From: an uncultured Thermoleophilia bacterium | GTDB taxonomy: Bacteria; Actinomycetota; Thermoleophilia; UBA2241 | Reading direction: 5' to 3' | Length of the DNA: 64,000 nt | NCBI GenBank assembly: GCA_963767505.1 | Contig: CAVYDV010000007.1 | Coordinates: 2,195-66,194 of the forward strand | Notes under the pieces: generated by a model | What the model saw: the letters and a program-made list of their open reading frames with translations, nothing else | What the model was told of the DNA's origin: nothing | Databases searched by the model: none | In this document: positions 10,901-21,001 of the stretch, in pieces | How positions within the stretch are numbered: the stretch's first letter is position 1 | How the letters are laid out: each line of letters begins with the position of its first letter | Position numbers and translations under genes: made by a program

Positions 10901-11938
10901 ATGGCAGAGGGCTACGGACAGCACAGGGACGACGGGCGACGGGAGCGCGCCAAGAGCGGCTCGGCTCGGCCGCGTCGGCCGGGTCGGCCGATGCGGCGTG
11001 CTTCGGCGGGGGCGACGTTGCTCGCCATGCTCCTGGGCTTCTTCTTCGCAGGCTTGCTCGACGTCGGGGCCATAGACAGGGAGATCAAGGGCCGACCTCT
11101 CGGTGCAGCGCGCAGCGTGCAGTTGGCGCTACTCAAGCCGATGCTGGTGCTCAGCGAGAGCCTGCGGTTCGATCGACCGGCCGCGGCTCTGGACGCCATA
11201 CTCGGCCGCGGGGAACAGCAGCATCACACGCTCTCCGAGGTCCCCGCCGAGACCGAACCCAAGTGGCCCCGCGATATCAGCTCGGAGCAGCCTCTGCGCC
11301 TGTCCATCATCGGGGATTCGATGGCCCAGGTCTTCGGATCGTCGCTGAAGAACCTCGCCGAGGACACGAAGCTGATCCGGGCGAAGCTCGACTACAAGGT
11401 CTCGAGCGGACTCAGCAGGCCCGACTACTTCGACTGGCCGCAGCACATGGTCGATGAGCTTGTGCGCTTCGACCCGGATGCTACGGTGGTCGTCTTCGGC
11501 GCCAACGACGGGCAGAACGTGATGTACGGGGGCAAGGTGCTGAAGGAGGGGAGCAAGGCGTGGCAGCGTGTCTACGGGGAGCGGATCGGCGAGGCAATGG
11601 ACATCCTCACGCGCAACAGCAGGCGGGTCTACTGGGTGGGCAACCCGGTCATGCGGAACGAGGGCTACAGTGACCGCATCGCGCTGATGAACAGCCTCTA
11701 CGAGGCGGAGGCGCAGCACCACGCCGGTGTCATCTACATCGGGACTTGGGGCCTCCTGGCCGACGAGGAGGGTGACTTCGCCGAGTACTTCCGTGAAGCC
11801 GACGGCGATCTCGTGCTGGTGCGCGGCGCTGACGGAATCCACCTCACACGTGCCGGCGCAGACCGCGTGGCGGCCAATGTCCTGGACGTCATCTTGAAGG
11901 ATTGGGGGATGTCAGCACCGAGCGCGGCGACTGAGTGA
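10901..11938 (+). CDS. DUF459/SGNH-hydrolase family protein, probable extracytoplasmic O-acetyltransferase partner of the MBOAT
   Basis: N-terminal TM segment, IGDSM, SSGLSRPDYFDWP, GAND and DGIH catalytic motifs. Confidence 0.85.
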   Translation: MAEGYGQHRDDGRRERAKSGSARPRRPGRPMRRASAGATLLAMLLGFFFAGLLDVGAIDREIKGRPLGAARSVQLALLKPMLVLSESLRFDRPAAALDAILGRGEQQHHTLSEVPAETEPKWPRDISSEQPLRLSIIGDSMAQVFGSSLKNLAEDTKLIRAKLDYKVSSGLSRPDYFDWPQHMVDELVRFDPDATVVVFGANDGQNVMYGGKVLKEGSKAWQRVYGERIGEAMDILTRNSRRVYWVGNPVMRNEGYSDRIALMNSLYEAEAQHHAGVIYIGTWGLLADEEGDFAEYFREADGDLVLVRGADGIHLTRAGADRVAANVLDVILKDWGMSAPSAATE

Positions 11939-11941
11939 GCG

Positions 11942-12385
11942 ATGCTGCCCAGAGGCCGCGGCGCGAGATGGTACGCTTGGAAGCGCCGGGGCCTCGCCGG
12001 AGGAGGCCCGGTACCGCCGTCATGGGTCCACGCATCGACATACCGCAGCGTCGATGAGCGCCTCCTCGCCGAGTGCGACGTGCAGACGTTTCGCTCGGGA
12101 GGCCCTGGGGGTCAGCATCAGAATGTCACGGACAGTGCCGTGCGTTTGCGCCATCGTCCGACCGGCCTGACGGTCACCTGTCGCGCACAGCGCAGCCAGC
12201 ATCTCAACAAGATGGATGCGCTTCGCCGGCTCCGCCTGAAGCTGGCCAAGCTCAACGAGCCTCCCCCTCTTGCGCGCCGGGCGACGAGACCTTCGAGGGC
12301 GGCGGTGGCCCGCCGTCTGTCGGGCAAGAAGTCCCGGGGGACTGTGAAGCGCCTGCGACGTTCCCCCGACGCTGAGCACGACTGA
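11942..12385 (+). CDS. arfB: RF-1 domain peptidyl-tRNA hydrolase (ArfB/YaeJ-like); start uncertain
   Basis: [11 protein letters not shown] (GGQ), [19 protein letters not shown], basic tail [23 protein letters not shown]. Confidence 0.75.
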   Translation: MLPRGRGARWYAWKRRGLAGGGPVPPSWVHASTYRSVDERLLAECDVQTFRSGGPGGQHQNVTDSAVRLRHRPTGLTVTCRAQRSQHLNKMDALRRLRLKLAKLNEPPPLARRATRPSRAAVARRLSGKKSRGTVKRLRRSPDAEHD

Positions 12386-12408
12386 CTCGTGCCTGTGTCA
12401 GAAGAAGG

Positions 12409-13227
12409 GTGGGCATGATCGTCTTCTTCGGGGTCCTGCTTCTGGCCGTGGCCGCGGGTCTGTTCGGGAGCATGCTCGGCGTAGGCGGGGGCGTCATCAT
12501 GGTGCCAGTCCTGTCCCTCGGCTTCGGCCTGCCCATCAAGACCGCGATAGCCACGAGTATGGTGTGTGTCATCGCCACCTCCGCCATGGCGCAACTCGCT
12601 TTCGTCAAGCGGGGAATGACGAATCTGCGACTCGGCTTCCTTCTTGAGATCGCGAGTGCGATCGGGGCCATCCTCGGAGGGCTCACCGCGGTGCTCGTGG
12701 ACGGCCGGCTGCTGCAGGTCGCGTTCGCAATCGTCCTCGCCTACGTCGCCTGGCAGATGGGCCGACGCGGTGGCGATCGCCCGACCGAGCGCACCGGCCT
12801 GCTGGAGGGGAGCTTCTACGATCCCGCGGAGCACCGCGACATCAGCTACGGAGTGCGCCGACCTCGGCTTGGGTTTGTGCTCAGCATAGGAGCTGGGAAC
12901 GTCGGTGGGCTGCTCGGTGTCGGCGGCGGGGTCTTCAATGTGCCGATTATGAACCTGCTCATGCGTGTGCCGCTCAAGGCCACCATCGCGACGAGCAACC
13001 TCATGATCGGGGTGACCGCAGCGACCAGCGCCGGCATCTTCTACGGCCGGGGGTTCGTGGATCCCGCCTACGCCGTTCCCGCGGCGCTGGGCATCTTGGT
13101 CGGCGCTCGCTTCGGTCCCCGGCTGGCGGCTCAGTTGCCTGCGCGGGTGCTCGGGATCGGCTTTCGGCTCGTTCTAGGTGTGTTCGCGGTTCTCATGGTC
13201 GTCGAGGCGGCGGGGGTGGGTCTGTGA
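12409..13227 (+). CDS. Sulfite exporter TauE/SafE family protein
   Basis: Two repeats of GSMLGVGGG / GGLLGVGGG, AIATS/ATSNLMIG; about 8 TM helices. Confidence 0.9.
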   Translation: MGMIVFFGVLLLAVAAGLFGSMLGVGGGVIMVPVLSLGFGLPIKTAIATSMVCVIATSAMAQLAFVKRGMTNLRLGFLLEIASAIGAILGGLTAVLVDGRLLQVAFAIVLAYVAWQMGRRGGDRPTERTGLLEGSFYDPAEHRDISYGVRRPRLGFVLSIGAGNVGGLLGVGGGVFNVPIMNLLMRVPLKATIATSNLMIGVTAATSAGIFYGRGFVDPAYAVPAALGILVGARFGPRLAAQLPARVLGIGFRLVLGVFAVLMVVEAAGVGL

Positions 13228-13607
13228 GCAAGCGGCGTGCAGACGGCCTCCCGGAGCCGTGCGCTCAAGCGCCGGGGAGGATGGTCGAGCGGTTGGTCGA
13301 GCGGCTGCTCGCCGCGCAGATCGGGTTGAGCGTGGCACTCATGCTCCTGGGAGCGGCTCTGAGGCTCGCCGCGGGCGAGAGGCTGCACAGCGGGGTGGTG
13401 GTCTCCTCCGAGCTGCCGGGGGCTCTACTGCGCTGGGAGCCGGCCGCCTTCCTTTCGCTCGGCTTGGTCGTCCTCGTCGCGACGCCCTTCGTCCGGGTCG
13501 CCGGCTATCTAGCCGTGTATGCCCTGGGACGTGACCGGCGATACGTTCTTGTGACCGCGATCGTGCTGGCGATCATGTGCATCGGCGTGCTGGCAGGGAG
13601 GGCGTAG
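13224..13607 (+). CDS. DUF1634 domain membrane protein
   Basis: LGLVVLVATPFVRV...DRRY motif; overlaps the tauE stop, the usual partner gene. Confidence 0.8.
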   Translation: MSKRRADGLPEPCAQAPGRMVERLVERLLAAQIGLSVALMLLGAALRLAAGERLHSGVVVSSELPGALLRWEPAAFLSLGLVVLVATPFVRVAGYLAVYALGRDRRYVLVTAIVLAIMCIGVLAGRA

Positions 13608-13722
13608 GAGGGGGACGGCGAATCGATCGCGGTGGCGCTGGCGGGCGGCACGCTATCCGCAGGATCCGTCGATGCACGTACCGCCACCATCGAGGTGTTG
13701 CAGGAGGAGCATTCGTGTCTCG

Positions 13723-15189
13723 CTAGTGCCGCACGCAATCACGCGAGGCGGCGCCGTACATGATGACCCTGTCCCTGCCCTCATGCTTGGCCTGGTACAG
13801 CGCCTCGTCGGCCAAGCCCATCAGATCGTCGAGAGAGGTCGCGTCCCGCGGGCAAGTCGCGACTCCTACGCTGATGGTGATGCAGGCGTCGGCGGGCAGG
13901 CCAAGGCCCGTGTACCTGGTGCCCTGCAGGGTGCGCCGCACGCGTTCGGCCACGTAGTAGGCGTTCTCTCCCGCCGTGTTGGGGAGGAGCATGGCGAATT
14001 CCTCGCCTCCATACCGTGCGCAGACGTCGCTGGTGCGCAGAGCCTCCTCCATGGCGCGAGCCACGGTCTGCAGGACGCGGTCGCCCGTGGCGTGCCCGTA
14101 CGCGTCGTTGAAGGCCTTGAAATGGTCGATGTCGACCATCAGGACGCTGAGGGGGTTCTGGTGGCGCAGCGCCCTCTCTATCTCCTCGTTGGCACGGTGC
14201 ATGAAGAACCGGCGGTTGTAGAGGCGCGTGAGATGATCGGTCACTACCTGCCGGCGGATGGCGTCGTACTTGTGTGCGTTCGAGAGCGCGCTCTGGATGT
14301 GGTTCTGCAACGCCGTCAGAATGCCGTCGGTCAGCAGATGGATGTAGTCGCCGCTGGTCGCCGTGACCATGAGGGCCATGTTGCCGATGTTCTCGGACAC
14401 CACGGGAATGACGATCTGACAGGTCATCGTGTGTGGGAAGAGCGAACAGACGTGCCGGTCCACGCGCACGAGGCAGCCATGCGTGACCGCTTGGCGCACG
14501 GGGCAATCCGGCGTGGATGCGCAGCAATCCACCGACATGGCGGGGGAGAGAGTCCCTTGGGCGCCTTCGAGAGAGAACGCGCGCGTGTCCTCGTCGAGAA
14601 GGAGGAGGGCGGCGAAGTCGGCCCGCAGGAAGGACCTTGCGGACGAAAGCACGCGCTCGACTGTCTCGCGATAGGGCAGGGACGAGTTCATCTCCTTGCC
14701 CAACTCGCCCACATCCATCAACTGTCGGTTGAGGGCCTTAGCGCGCATGAGGTCCTCCTTGACCCCCTGCGATACCCACTCCTTGTCCTCAGCGGCCGAG
14801 AAGACGGCGATCAGGGTGCCCACCAGGTAGGAGAGCTCGCGGGCCTCGTCGCGGTACATTGGGTCACTGTGCTCGTACTTGTCGCCCAAACGCTTGCGTG
14901 AGCGATTGATGAGGCTGCCTAGGGGGCGAAAGACGAGGATGTGGAGGGCGACCGCGATGGCGACCAGGGCGACGACCAGCGCGGCGGCGAGTGCCCACAA
15001 GGAGATCTCGCCCGGCGGCTGGGTGACGCCGAGCAACACCGCGGCCAGGATGGCCACGACTATCGCCGTGGTCTTGACCTCGAGGCTGAGACCGCGATTG
15101 TAGCGCGGGTCGTCGCGCCACTTCTGATGACCGGGATCTACCGTTGCGTCCGCCTCTCTGGAGCTTGCGGCCGTTCCAGATATCGGCAC
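13723..15189 (-). CDS. Membrane-anchored GAF-GGDEF diguanylate cyclase
   Basis: 2 TM helices, HAMP-like linker, GAF, TDHLTRLYNRR, DIDHFKAFNDAYGH..GD, RTSD I-site and YGGEEF active site. Confidence 0.92.
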   Translation of the reverse strand: MPISGTAASSREADATVDPGHQKWRDDPRYNRGLSLEVKTTAIVVAILAAVLLGVTQPPGEISLWALAAALVVALVAIAVALHILVFRPLGSLINRSRKRLGDKYEHSDPMYRDEARELSYLVGTLIAVFSAAEDKEWVSQGVKEDLMRAKALNRQLMDVGELGKEMNSSLPYRETVERVLSSARSFLRADFAALLLLDEDTRAFSLEGAQGTLSPAMSVDCCASTPDCPVRQAVTHGCLVRVDRHVCSLFPHTMTCQIVIPVVSENIGNMALMVTATSGDYIHLLTDGILTALQNHIQSALSNAHKYDAIRRQVVTDHLTRLYNRRFFMHRANEEIERALRHQNPLSVLMVDIDHFKAFNDAYGHATGDRVLQTVARAMEEALRTSDVCARYGGEEFAMLLPNTAGENAYYVAERVRRTLQGTRYTGLGLPADACITISVGVATCPRDATSLDDLMGLADEALYQAKHEGRDRVIMYGAASRDCVRH

Positions 15190-15226
15190 ATTGACGCCGA
15201 CCCATGAGGAGTGCGGCCGTCAGTCC

Positions 15227-15406
15227 CTACAGGCGGCTGAACACGCGGCGGTCTGAGGTAGTTCGGGGAGCTCTTCGGCGCTCGCCGATTCGGCGGTCGC
15301 GCACGTAGTAGACGCACAGGGAGCAGTACGTGCTGCAGTGGAGTCTTGTGTCCACGTCGGCGACGCAGATCATGCGAGTCGTCAGGCGAGGGCGGCGTTG
15401 CCTCAT
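15227..15406 (-). CDS. Unannotated 59-aa protein with a CxxxCxxC motif and DRR/ERR repeats
   Basis: Manual translation MRQRRPRLTTRMICVADVDTRLHCSTYCSLCVYYVRDRRIGERRRAPRTTSDRRVFSRL*. It fills the gap between the response regulator and the DGC on the same strand. Confidence 0.55.
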   Translation of the reverse strand: MRQRRPRLTTRMICVADVDTRLHCSTYCSLCVYYVRDRRIGERRRAPRTTSDRRVFSRL

Positions 15407-15484
15407 GGTGAGGAGTACGCGGAGCCCTCACCGATTCCTGCCGGAGATCGCCGACGCGGGTCTGGACCTCAGCTCGGGCGGTGT

Positions 15485-15853
15485 TCAGCCGGCCAGATAC
15501 TCGTCGACGACGGAGAGCACCTGGGCGATGCGAAAGGGCTTGGTGATGTAACCGTTGATTCCTGCGCTGTTTGCTCGCTCCATGTCGACTGTCATCGCCT
15601 TGGCCGAGAGGCCCACCACGGGGATGTCGCTGGTGACAGTGTCGGACTTGAGCTCGCATACCGCTTCGTAGCCGCTCAACACTGGCATCATCATGTCCAT
15701 GAGCACGAGGTCGGGCTGGTGCTCTCGGGCGCCGTCGACCGCTTCGCGACCGTTGGTCGCCTTGTAGACTGTGTATCCCTGCGTTTCGAGAGACATCGAG
15801 ACGATTCCCAGGATGTCCGGGTCGTCGTCTGCGACCAGGATGGCCTTTGGCAT
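15485..15853 (-). CDS. Single-domain response regulator (CheY/DivK-like)
   Basis: ILVADDD, PDLVLMDMMMP, SAKA, YITKPF; GGAGG RBS. Confidence 0.93.
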   Translation of the reverse strand: MPKAILVADDDPDILGIVSMSLETQGYTVYKATNGREAVDGAREHQPDLVLMDMMMPVLSGYEAVCELKSDTVTSDIPVVGLSAKAMTVDMERANSAGINGYITKPFRIAQVLSVVDEYLAG

Positions 15854-15866
15854 CCGCGCACCTCCT

Positions 15867-17706
15867 TCAGCTGATCTTGCCCGCCGCCAGTGGATCGGCT
15901 GGCTTCGTAGCTATCGGCATGGTGAACACGAAGCTGGAGCCCTTCCCGAGTTTGCTCTGCAGCCGGATCGAGCCGCCGTGGAGCTGGACCAGCTCGCGGA
16001 CGATCGCCAGGCCCAGGCCCGTGCCGCCCTGCAGGCGCGTCGCGGAGGAGTCGATCTGGGTGAAGCGCTGGAAGACCTTGTCCTGGTCCTCCTTGGCGAT
16101 CCCGATCCCGGTGTCGTTCACCCAGATCTCAACGAAGTCGCCGTTCGGCCGGGCCTCCACGCTGACGTTGCCGTTGTCGTGCGTGTACTTGATGCCGTTC
16201 GTCAAGAGATTGAGAAGGATCTGATTGAACTTCGCGGGGTCTGCGAGGACCAGGGGCAGGTCGGTGGGCAGGAAGGTCGAGATGCGGATGCGCTTCTCTT
16301 GAGCGCGCGGCTTGACCACCGGGAGGACGCCAAGCAGCGCCGCTCTCAGGTCGACCGACTCCTTGTTGAGCTCGAGGCGCCCGGACTCGATCTTGGTCAG
16401 GTCGAGCACGTCGTTGATGAGGCCGAGCAGCGTCTCTCCACCACGAAGGATGCTCTCGACGAACGTGGTCTGCTTCTCGTTGAGCTCCCCTGTGGCGCCA
16501 CTGAGCAGCAAGATCGCTGTAGCCGATGACCGACGTCAGCGGCGTTCGTAGCTCGTGGCTCATCGTCGCCATGAAGTCGCTCTTGAGCTCGTCGATGTGC
16601 GTGAGTTCCGCGTTCTTGCGCGCCAGCTCCGCGTTGGTTTGGATGGTGCGCAGCACGAGAGCGACGAGATCGCAGAGGGCCCGCACGGTGGAGAGCGTCG
16701 ACTCGGCGACGGTCTGTTCGCTTCGGTAGAGGAGGCAGACGACACCCAGCATGTCGCTCTTCGCTTCGAGTGGCACGGCCAAGAAGCCGTGGAAGCCGGC
16801 CTTCTCGATCGCCTTGAGGAGGAGTCCAATGCGATTGTCGGTCACCGTCTCGTACTTCCGCATGCCGTCCGCAGCGACATCCGCGATCCCCAGGTCCTTC
16901 ATCTTCCTTATGAGGGCTTGGTCCGTCTCTCCCTGTGCGGCTCTCTGGTCCCACTCGCCCGAGTTGGGGTTGTGGACGAGCACGAAGGCGGTTCTGAGAC
17001 CGGCTACGTCGCCGATCCTCTCGAGCGCGTGCGGCATCAGGGTATCGACGTCCTTGTGCCGCAGCAGGAGCCGGCTGCTCTCGCTCATCGTCATCAGCTG
17101 CTCGTTGACTTTCTGCAGGAGCCGGAGCTGTGTCTCGGTCTGCGCTTTCGCCTCGGCCAGCCCGGTGCTGCTGCGGACCAGTGCGGCCGCAAGCCGCCCT
17201 GCAAGCAACGCGACGATGAGGAACGCGGCGATGTGCAGCGAGACGATGGGAAGCGCCCAGTCGGCCGGCACATCGATCCGCACCAGTGTGACCGGCGCCT
17301 CCAGCCAGCCGGTTTCCTGCAGGCGCCAGAGGACGACATAGGCAAGTCCCGCCGTCGCCGCGGCCGCGTACGGTGCCCAGGCGGGAAGGAAGACGGCGGC
17401 CAGGACGATCGGCCACACGTAGAAGATCGCCACTGGGCTCAGGGTCCAGCCGCTGTAGGCGATGCCGGCTGTGATGAGCGCGATGTCGGTAGCGACCATC
17501 GCCCCCGCCAGCACGCGCGTAGGCACATGCCTCTCAAGAAGGAAGAAGGGGACCGTGACGGCGACGAGCGCGGCGAACGCCACGACTAGCTGTGTCGGCG
17601 AGAGCCCTTCGTCCTCGAGCTGCACCCAGAGCACCGCCGTGATCACGGCCAGTGAGGAGAGCACACGGGTGTACAGCACGTCGTGCAGCTGTTTGCGCAA
17701 GTCCAT
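15867..17706 (-). CDS. Membrane sensor histidine kinase with GAF domain; frameshift near 16512
   Basis: TM region plus GAF, then [16 protein letters not shown] (H-box). N, G1, F and G2 boxes ([25 protein letters not shown]) are in the next frame. Confidence 0.9.
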
Positions 17707-17964
17707 ACGCTAGCCCGTCGTTGGTTGTTGGTAGGGTATTCTATCGTGCAATCCAGAGTGCGTCTGCGCGCCCGGACCGATGGCTGTCGCTGAGGGTCCG
17801 GTCGCCGAATGCGGGGAGTTACGCCATGTCGCCTCTCCATCTTTCTCCGTGCCGGTTTCAGATATGTGCCGTCGCCGGTCTCGCCTCCCTGCAGCGTGAC
17901 GCAGACGCGCGAGTCTGAGCTCCCCGGTCGACCCCGGTCGGCCTCCGGCGGCAGCGGTGCCGGG

Positions 17965-19614
17965 GTGACGCTGGCGGCTGTCGAGGGGCGTCTCAAGTCC
18001 CGGGGTGGCCTCCTTGCGCTGTGGCTGACCGGGAGCCTTACCTACGCCGCCATCACACTCCTGATGCAGTGGGCCGGCGTTCCGGGCTGGGATGAGGCCG
18101 CGCATCTCTACAAGGCGTCCCTCGTGCGTGAGGGGCAGTCCGTGTTCTGGGACAACTTCTGGTACGGCGGCAGCTATGGAGCGGTCACCTACGGGTTCGG
18201 CTACTACTGGCTCGTGCAGTACGTGCCGGCCCGAGTGGTCGTCGTGATCGCCGCCGGCCTCATCCCTCCTCTGTACTACATCTACCAGCGTCGGATGTGG
18301 CAGATCGACGACGTTTGGCCAGCCTGGCTCTTCGCCGGGGTGATGGCCATCTACCTGGCTCACGGCCAGGATCCCTTTGTCGTCGCGCTGGCGCTGTCCG
18401 TGGGAGGGCTCGCGCTGTTGGCGACGGGGAGGCCCCTCTGGGGCGCTCTCCCCGTCGCCATAGGCGTCTTCGTAAATCCGATGGGTTTCGTCGTCACCGG
18501 TATCCTCATGCTCGCGGATCTTGTTGCTCGGCCTGAGACGCGTCGACGGTATGCGGTGTTCTTCGCCCCACTGGTGCCCGTGGTCGCCGTGCGTGTGCTC
18601 TTCGGGTGGTCGTTCGCCGAACCAGGCAGCTATCTCAACGAGACGAGTCAGCTCCTCATGTACCTTGGCTTCGCCTTGGCCGGGGTCGCCCTAGCGGGGG
18701 TCAACGCGGTACACCCCCGAGGTCCGTTCGTGACGCTCTTTCTCATCTACGCGGCAGTCTGCGTGACGTCGTTCGTCATGCCGGGCAGTCCGATCGGCAA
18801 CAACATAGGCCGCTTCTTCATGGTCTTCGGTCTGCCTCTCTTGTTTCTGCTGAGACACTCCCGCCTGCGTCGGCCGTTCCCGCATGGCGACCTTGCCATC
18901 GTTCCCATCGTCTTGTTCGCTCTTCTGCAGTTCGGAACGCCCATCGATCACTTCAGCAATGAGCGCGAGCTGCCGCAGACGAGGGAATCCTTCTTCGCCC
19001 CAGCACTGATGGTGGCCCGGGAGAGGCATGACAGCGACCATCGTATTCATGTCGTGGCATTGCGCCGACACTGGGAGGCTCTCTACTTTCCGCAAGCGGG
19101 GTTTCCCATCACTCGAGGCTGGTACCGGCAGGCAGACGCGATCCACAATGGCCTCTTCTACACGCCCTACGACGCGGCCTCCTACGCGCGGTGGTTGCGG
19201 AGCATGGGAGTCGAGTACGTGTTCCTTCCCGACGCTCCTCTGGATCCGTGGAGTCGTCGCGAGGCCCGTCTTCTGGCGGAGTCTCCGGAGTTCGAGGTCG
19301 CGGAGCGCGCCGGCAAGTGGACCATCTATCGTCTTCTAGGGGCAGAAGGGTTGGCGGTCGGGCTCGATGGAGGAAAGGCGCGGGTGACGGCTCTCGGTCA
19401 CCGTTCGTTCAGTGTCGCGGTCGACAGACCTGGGTCCTACTTGGTCAAGATCACCTGGAGTCCCTACTGGGAGCTGGAGGGCAACGGTCAGCTGGTCGCC
19501 GGCAGCGACGGCTTCATCCAGCTGGAGGCAGAAGAGGCCGGCACGTTCACGGCGAGGATTGACGTCGACGTGGTCCGAGTTCTCAGCCAAGCCAGAGAGG
19601 AGCTCCGCAGATGA
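17965..19614 (+). CDS. Polytopic membrane protein, possibly GT-C-type glycosyltransferase-like; start uncertain
   Basis: WDEAAHLY and WDNFWYGG in the first loop, about 11 TM helices, C-terminal extracellular domain with RGWYRQ. Confidence 0.55.
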   Translation: MTLAAVEGRLKSRGGLLALWLTGSLTYAAITLLMQWAGVPGWDEAAHLYKASLVREGQSVFWDNFWYGGSYGAVTYGFGYYWLVQYVPARVVVVIAAGLIPPLYYIYQRRMWQIDDVWPAWLFAGVMAIYLAHGQDPFVVALALSVGGLALLATGRPLWGALPVAIGVFVNPMGFVVTGILMLADLVARPETRRRYAVFFAPLVPVVAVRVLFGWSFAEPGSYLNETSQLLMYLGFALAGVALAGVNAVHPRGPFVTLFLIYAAVCVTSFVMPGSPIGNNIGRFFMVFGLPLLFLLRHSRLRRPFPHGDLAIVPIVLFALLQFGTPIDHFSNERELPQTRESFFAPALMVARERHDSDHRIHVVALRRHWEALYFPQAGFPITRGWYRQADAIHNGLFYTPYDAASYARWLRSMGVEYVFLPDAPLDPWSRREARLLAESPEFEVAERAGKWTIYRLLGAEGLAVGLDGGKARVTALGHRSFSVAVDRPGSYLVKITWSPYWELEGNGQLVAGSDGFIQLEAEEAGTFTARIDVDVVRVLSQAREELRR

Positions 19615-19778
19615 CGGCGCGTTCGCTCTCAGAAGGCGCCGGCGCTCAGGCGAGATTCGGCTCCACGTGTCGCCTTTTGCAGGGCGTTCTCGTGGACGTG
19701 GACCAGTTGACGGCACGAGCGCCCGGCAGTACAGTGCAAAAGGACCGTTTCAGTCCGGTCTGTCGGAGGGGATGGACA

Positions 19779-20195
19779 ATGGGACTTCAGCTCACTCGTG
19801 GCGGGGAGTACGCGTTGCGTGCCATGAGCTACTTGGCGTGCTATCCCGAGGGTCATGTGGCCTCACTGCGGGACATATGCCGAGCGCAGGAGATTCCCGA
19901 GAGCTTTCTGGCCAAGATCCTTCAGAACCTCGCTCACGCTGGTCTCGCCGTTTCGCAGCGCGGAGCGCACGGCGGTTTCGCCTTGGCACGCCCGGCCGCG
20001 GACATCAGCATGAGAGATATCGTTGAGGCTGTCGACGGCCCGATCGCACTCAACCCATGCGTGCTGTGGCCGGAGGAGTGCTCGCGCAGTGACGATTGCG
20101 CAGTCCACGAGGCCTGGATGCTCGCGCAAGATCAACTCATGGGTGTCCTTGGCACCGTCAAGCTCAGTTCGCTCGCTCCTCGAGCGGCCGGCTGA
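19779..20195 (+). CDS. Rrf2 family transcriptional regulator (three-Cys, probable Fe-S binding)
   Basis: EYALRAM, IPESFLAKIL, SQRGAHGGFALARP, DIVEAVDGP, C-x6-C-x5-C-xx-H; GGAGG RBS. Confidence 0.92.
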   Translation: MGLQLTRGGEYALRAMSYLACYPEGHVASLRDICRAQEIPESFLAKILQNLAHAGLAVSQRGAHGGFALARPAADISMRDIVEAVDGPIALNPCVLWPEECSRSDDCAVHEAWMLAQDQLMGVLGTVKLSSLAPRAAG

Positions 20196-20411
20196 CAGCC
20201 CCTCGCGCTCTCACCCGGGACTCATGGCCTCCACGACTGGCGCCGGTAGATTGGCTGACCGGCGTGATGCCGCCCGCACCGGTCCGATTGCGGGCGCACC
20301 ATCTCGAGCAGCTCCCGCGGTGGTGACGAGACGAAGAGAGCGCCTGCGGAAGGACATCCACAGGCGCTCCAATGCTTGCGAGACGAGCCCGCTCGTCGTC
20401 GCTGAGGTCGG

Positions 20412-20429
20412 GCGGCGCGACCGCGCCGC
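20412..20429 (-). promoter_or_regulatory. Putative bacterial SECIS hairpin (copy 1)
   Basis: GCGGCGC-GGTC-GCGCCGC begins 12 nt after the in-frame TGA at 20444-20442; identical to the copy at 20979-20996. Confidence 0.75.
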
Positions 20430-20435
20430 AAGGCA

Positions 20436-20642
20436 TCAGCCTCAGCCGAACTTGCCCATGCGCGGCCCGCAGTTCGACGAGGTCGTGCTCGAGCCGAAGG
20501 CGGTCAGGAAGCCCGTGATCTTCTGCTGGACCTCGGTGGAGCCACACTCCGGGCACACCTTGTCCTCGTCGCGCAGGAAGCCCTGGCGGAAGGTCTCGAA
20601 GGAGTGCCCGCATTCTCCGCATGTCAGTTCGTAGGTCGCCAA
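20436..20642 (-). CDS. FmdB-family zinc-ribbon protein, probable selenoprotein (…NCGPRMGKFG-U-G*)
   Basis: TTG start after GGAGG; YELTCGECGHSF…CPECGS; ends TGA GGC TGA followed by a hairpin. Confidence 0.8.
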
Positions 20643-20683
20643 GGCGTCCTCCTGGTGATGTGTTTCTCCGGCCTGCCCACAGA

Positions 20684-20908
20684 CTACTTGGGCCCCTTGG
20701 GGGGGAACTTCGCTTGGGAGCGAAGCGGCAACACGCGGCCCTTGGTGGGCTTCCACGGTGTTCCCCTGAACTCGAACTGTGACAGCTTCTGCTCGACATC
20801 CGTGGCTCCGCAGTTCGGACAGACCTTGTCCTCGTCGCGAATGAAGCGATGCAGGGTTATCTCGAAGGCGTGGCCGCACTTCTCGCAGACCAAATCATAT
20901 GAAGGCAT
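20684..20908 (-). CDS. FmdB-family zinc-ribbon protein (no Sec, basic tail)
   Basis: MPSYDLVCEKCGHAFE…CPNCGA; GAGGAGG RBS; TAG stop. Confidence 0.88.
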   Translation of the reverse strand: MPSYDLVCEKCGHAFEITLHRFIRDEDKVCPNCGATDVEQKLSQFEFRGTPWKPTKGRVLPLRSQAKFPPKGPK

Positions 20909-20978
20909 ATCCCTCCTCTCGAGGAACCGGTATCACTGAATCTCAGGGGTGTAGCGTACTACACACCGATGTCGTCCT

Positions 20979-20996
20979 GCGGCGCGACCGCGCCGC
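20979..20996 (-). promoter_or_regulatory. Putative bacterial SECIS hairpin (copy 2)
   Basis: GCGGCGC-GGTC-GCGCCGC begins 11 nt after the in-frame TGA at 21010-21008. Confidence 0.75.
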
Positions 20997-21001
20997 CGAG
21001 G

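Noticed and set aside
20164-20436. Possible small gene starting at TGATG after the first selenoprotein (MPCGAVAPPDLSDDERARL…) or double-Sec read-through
   Set aside because: No recognisable domain, it would overlap the Rrf2 end, and the second TGA is too close to the hairpin for normal SECIS spacing. Left unresolved.
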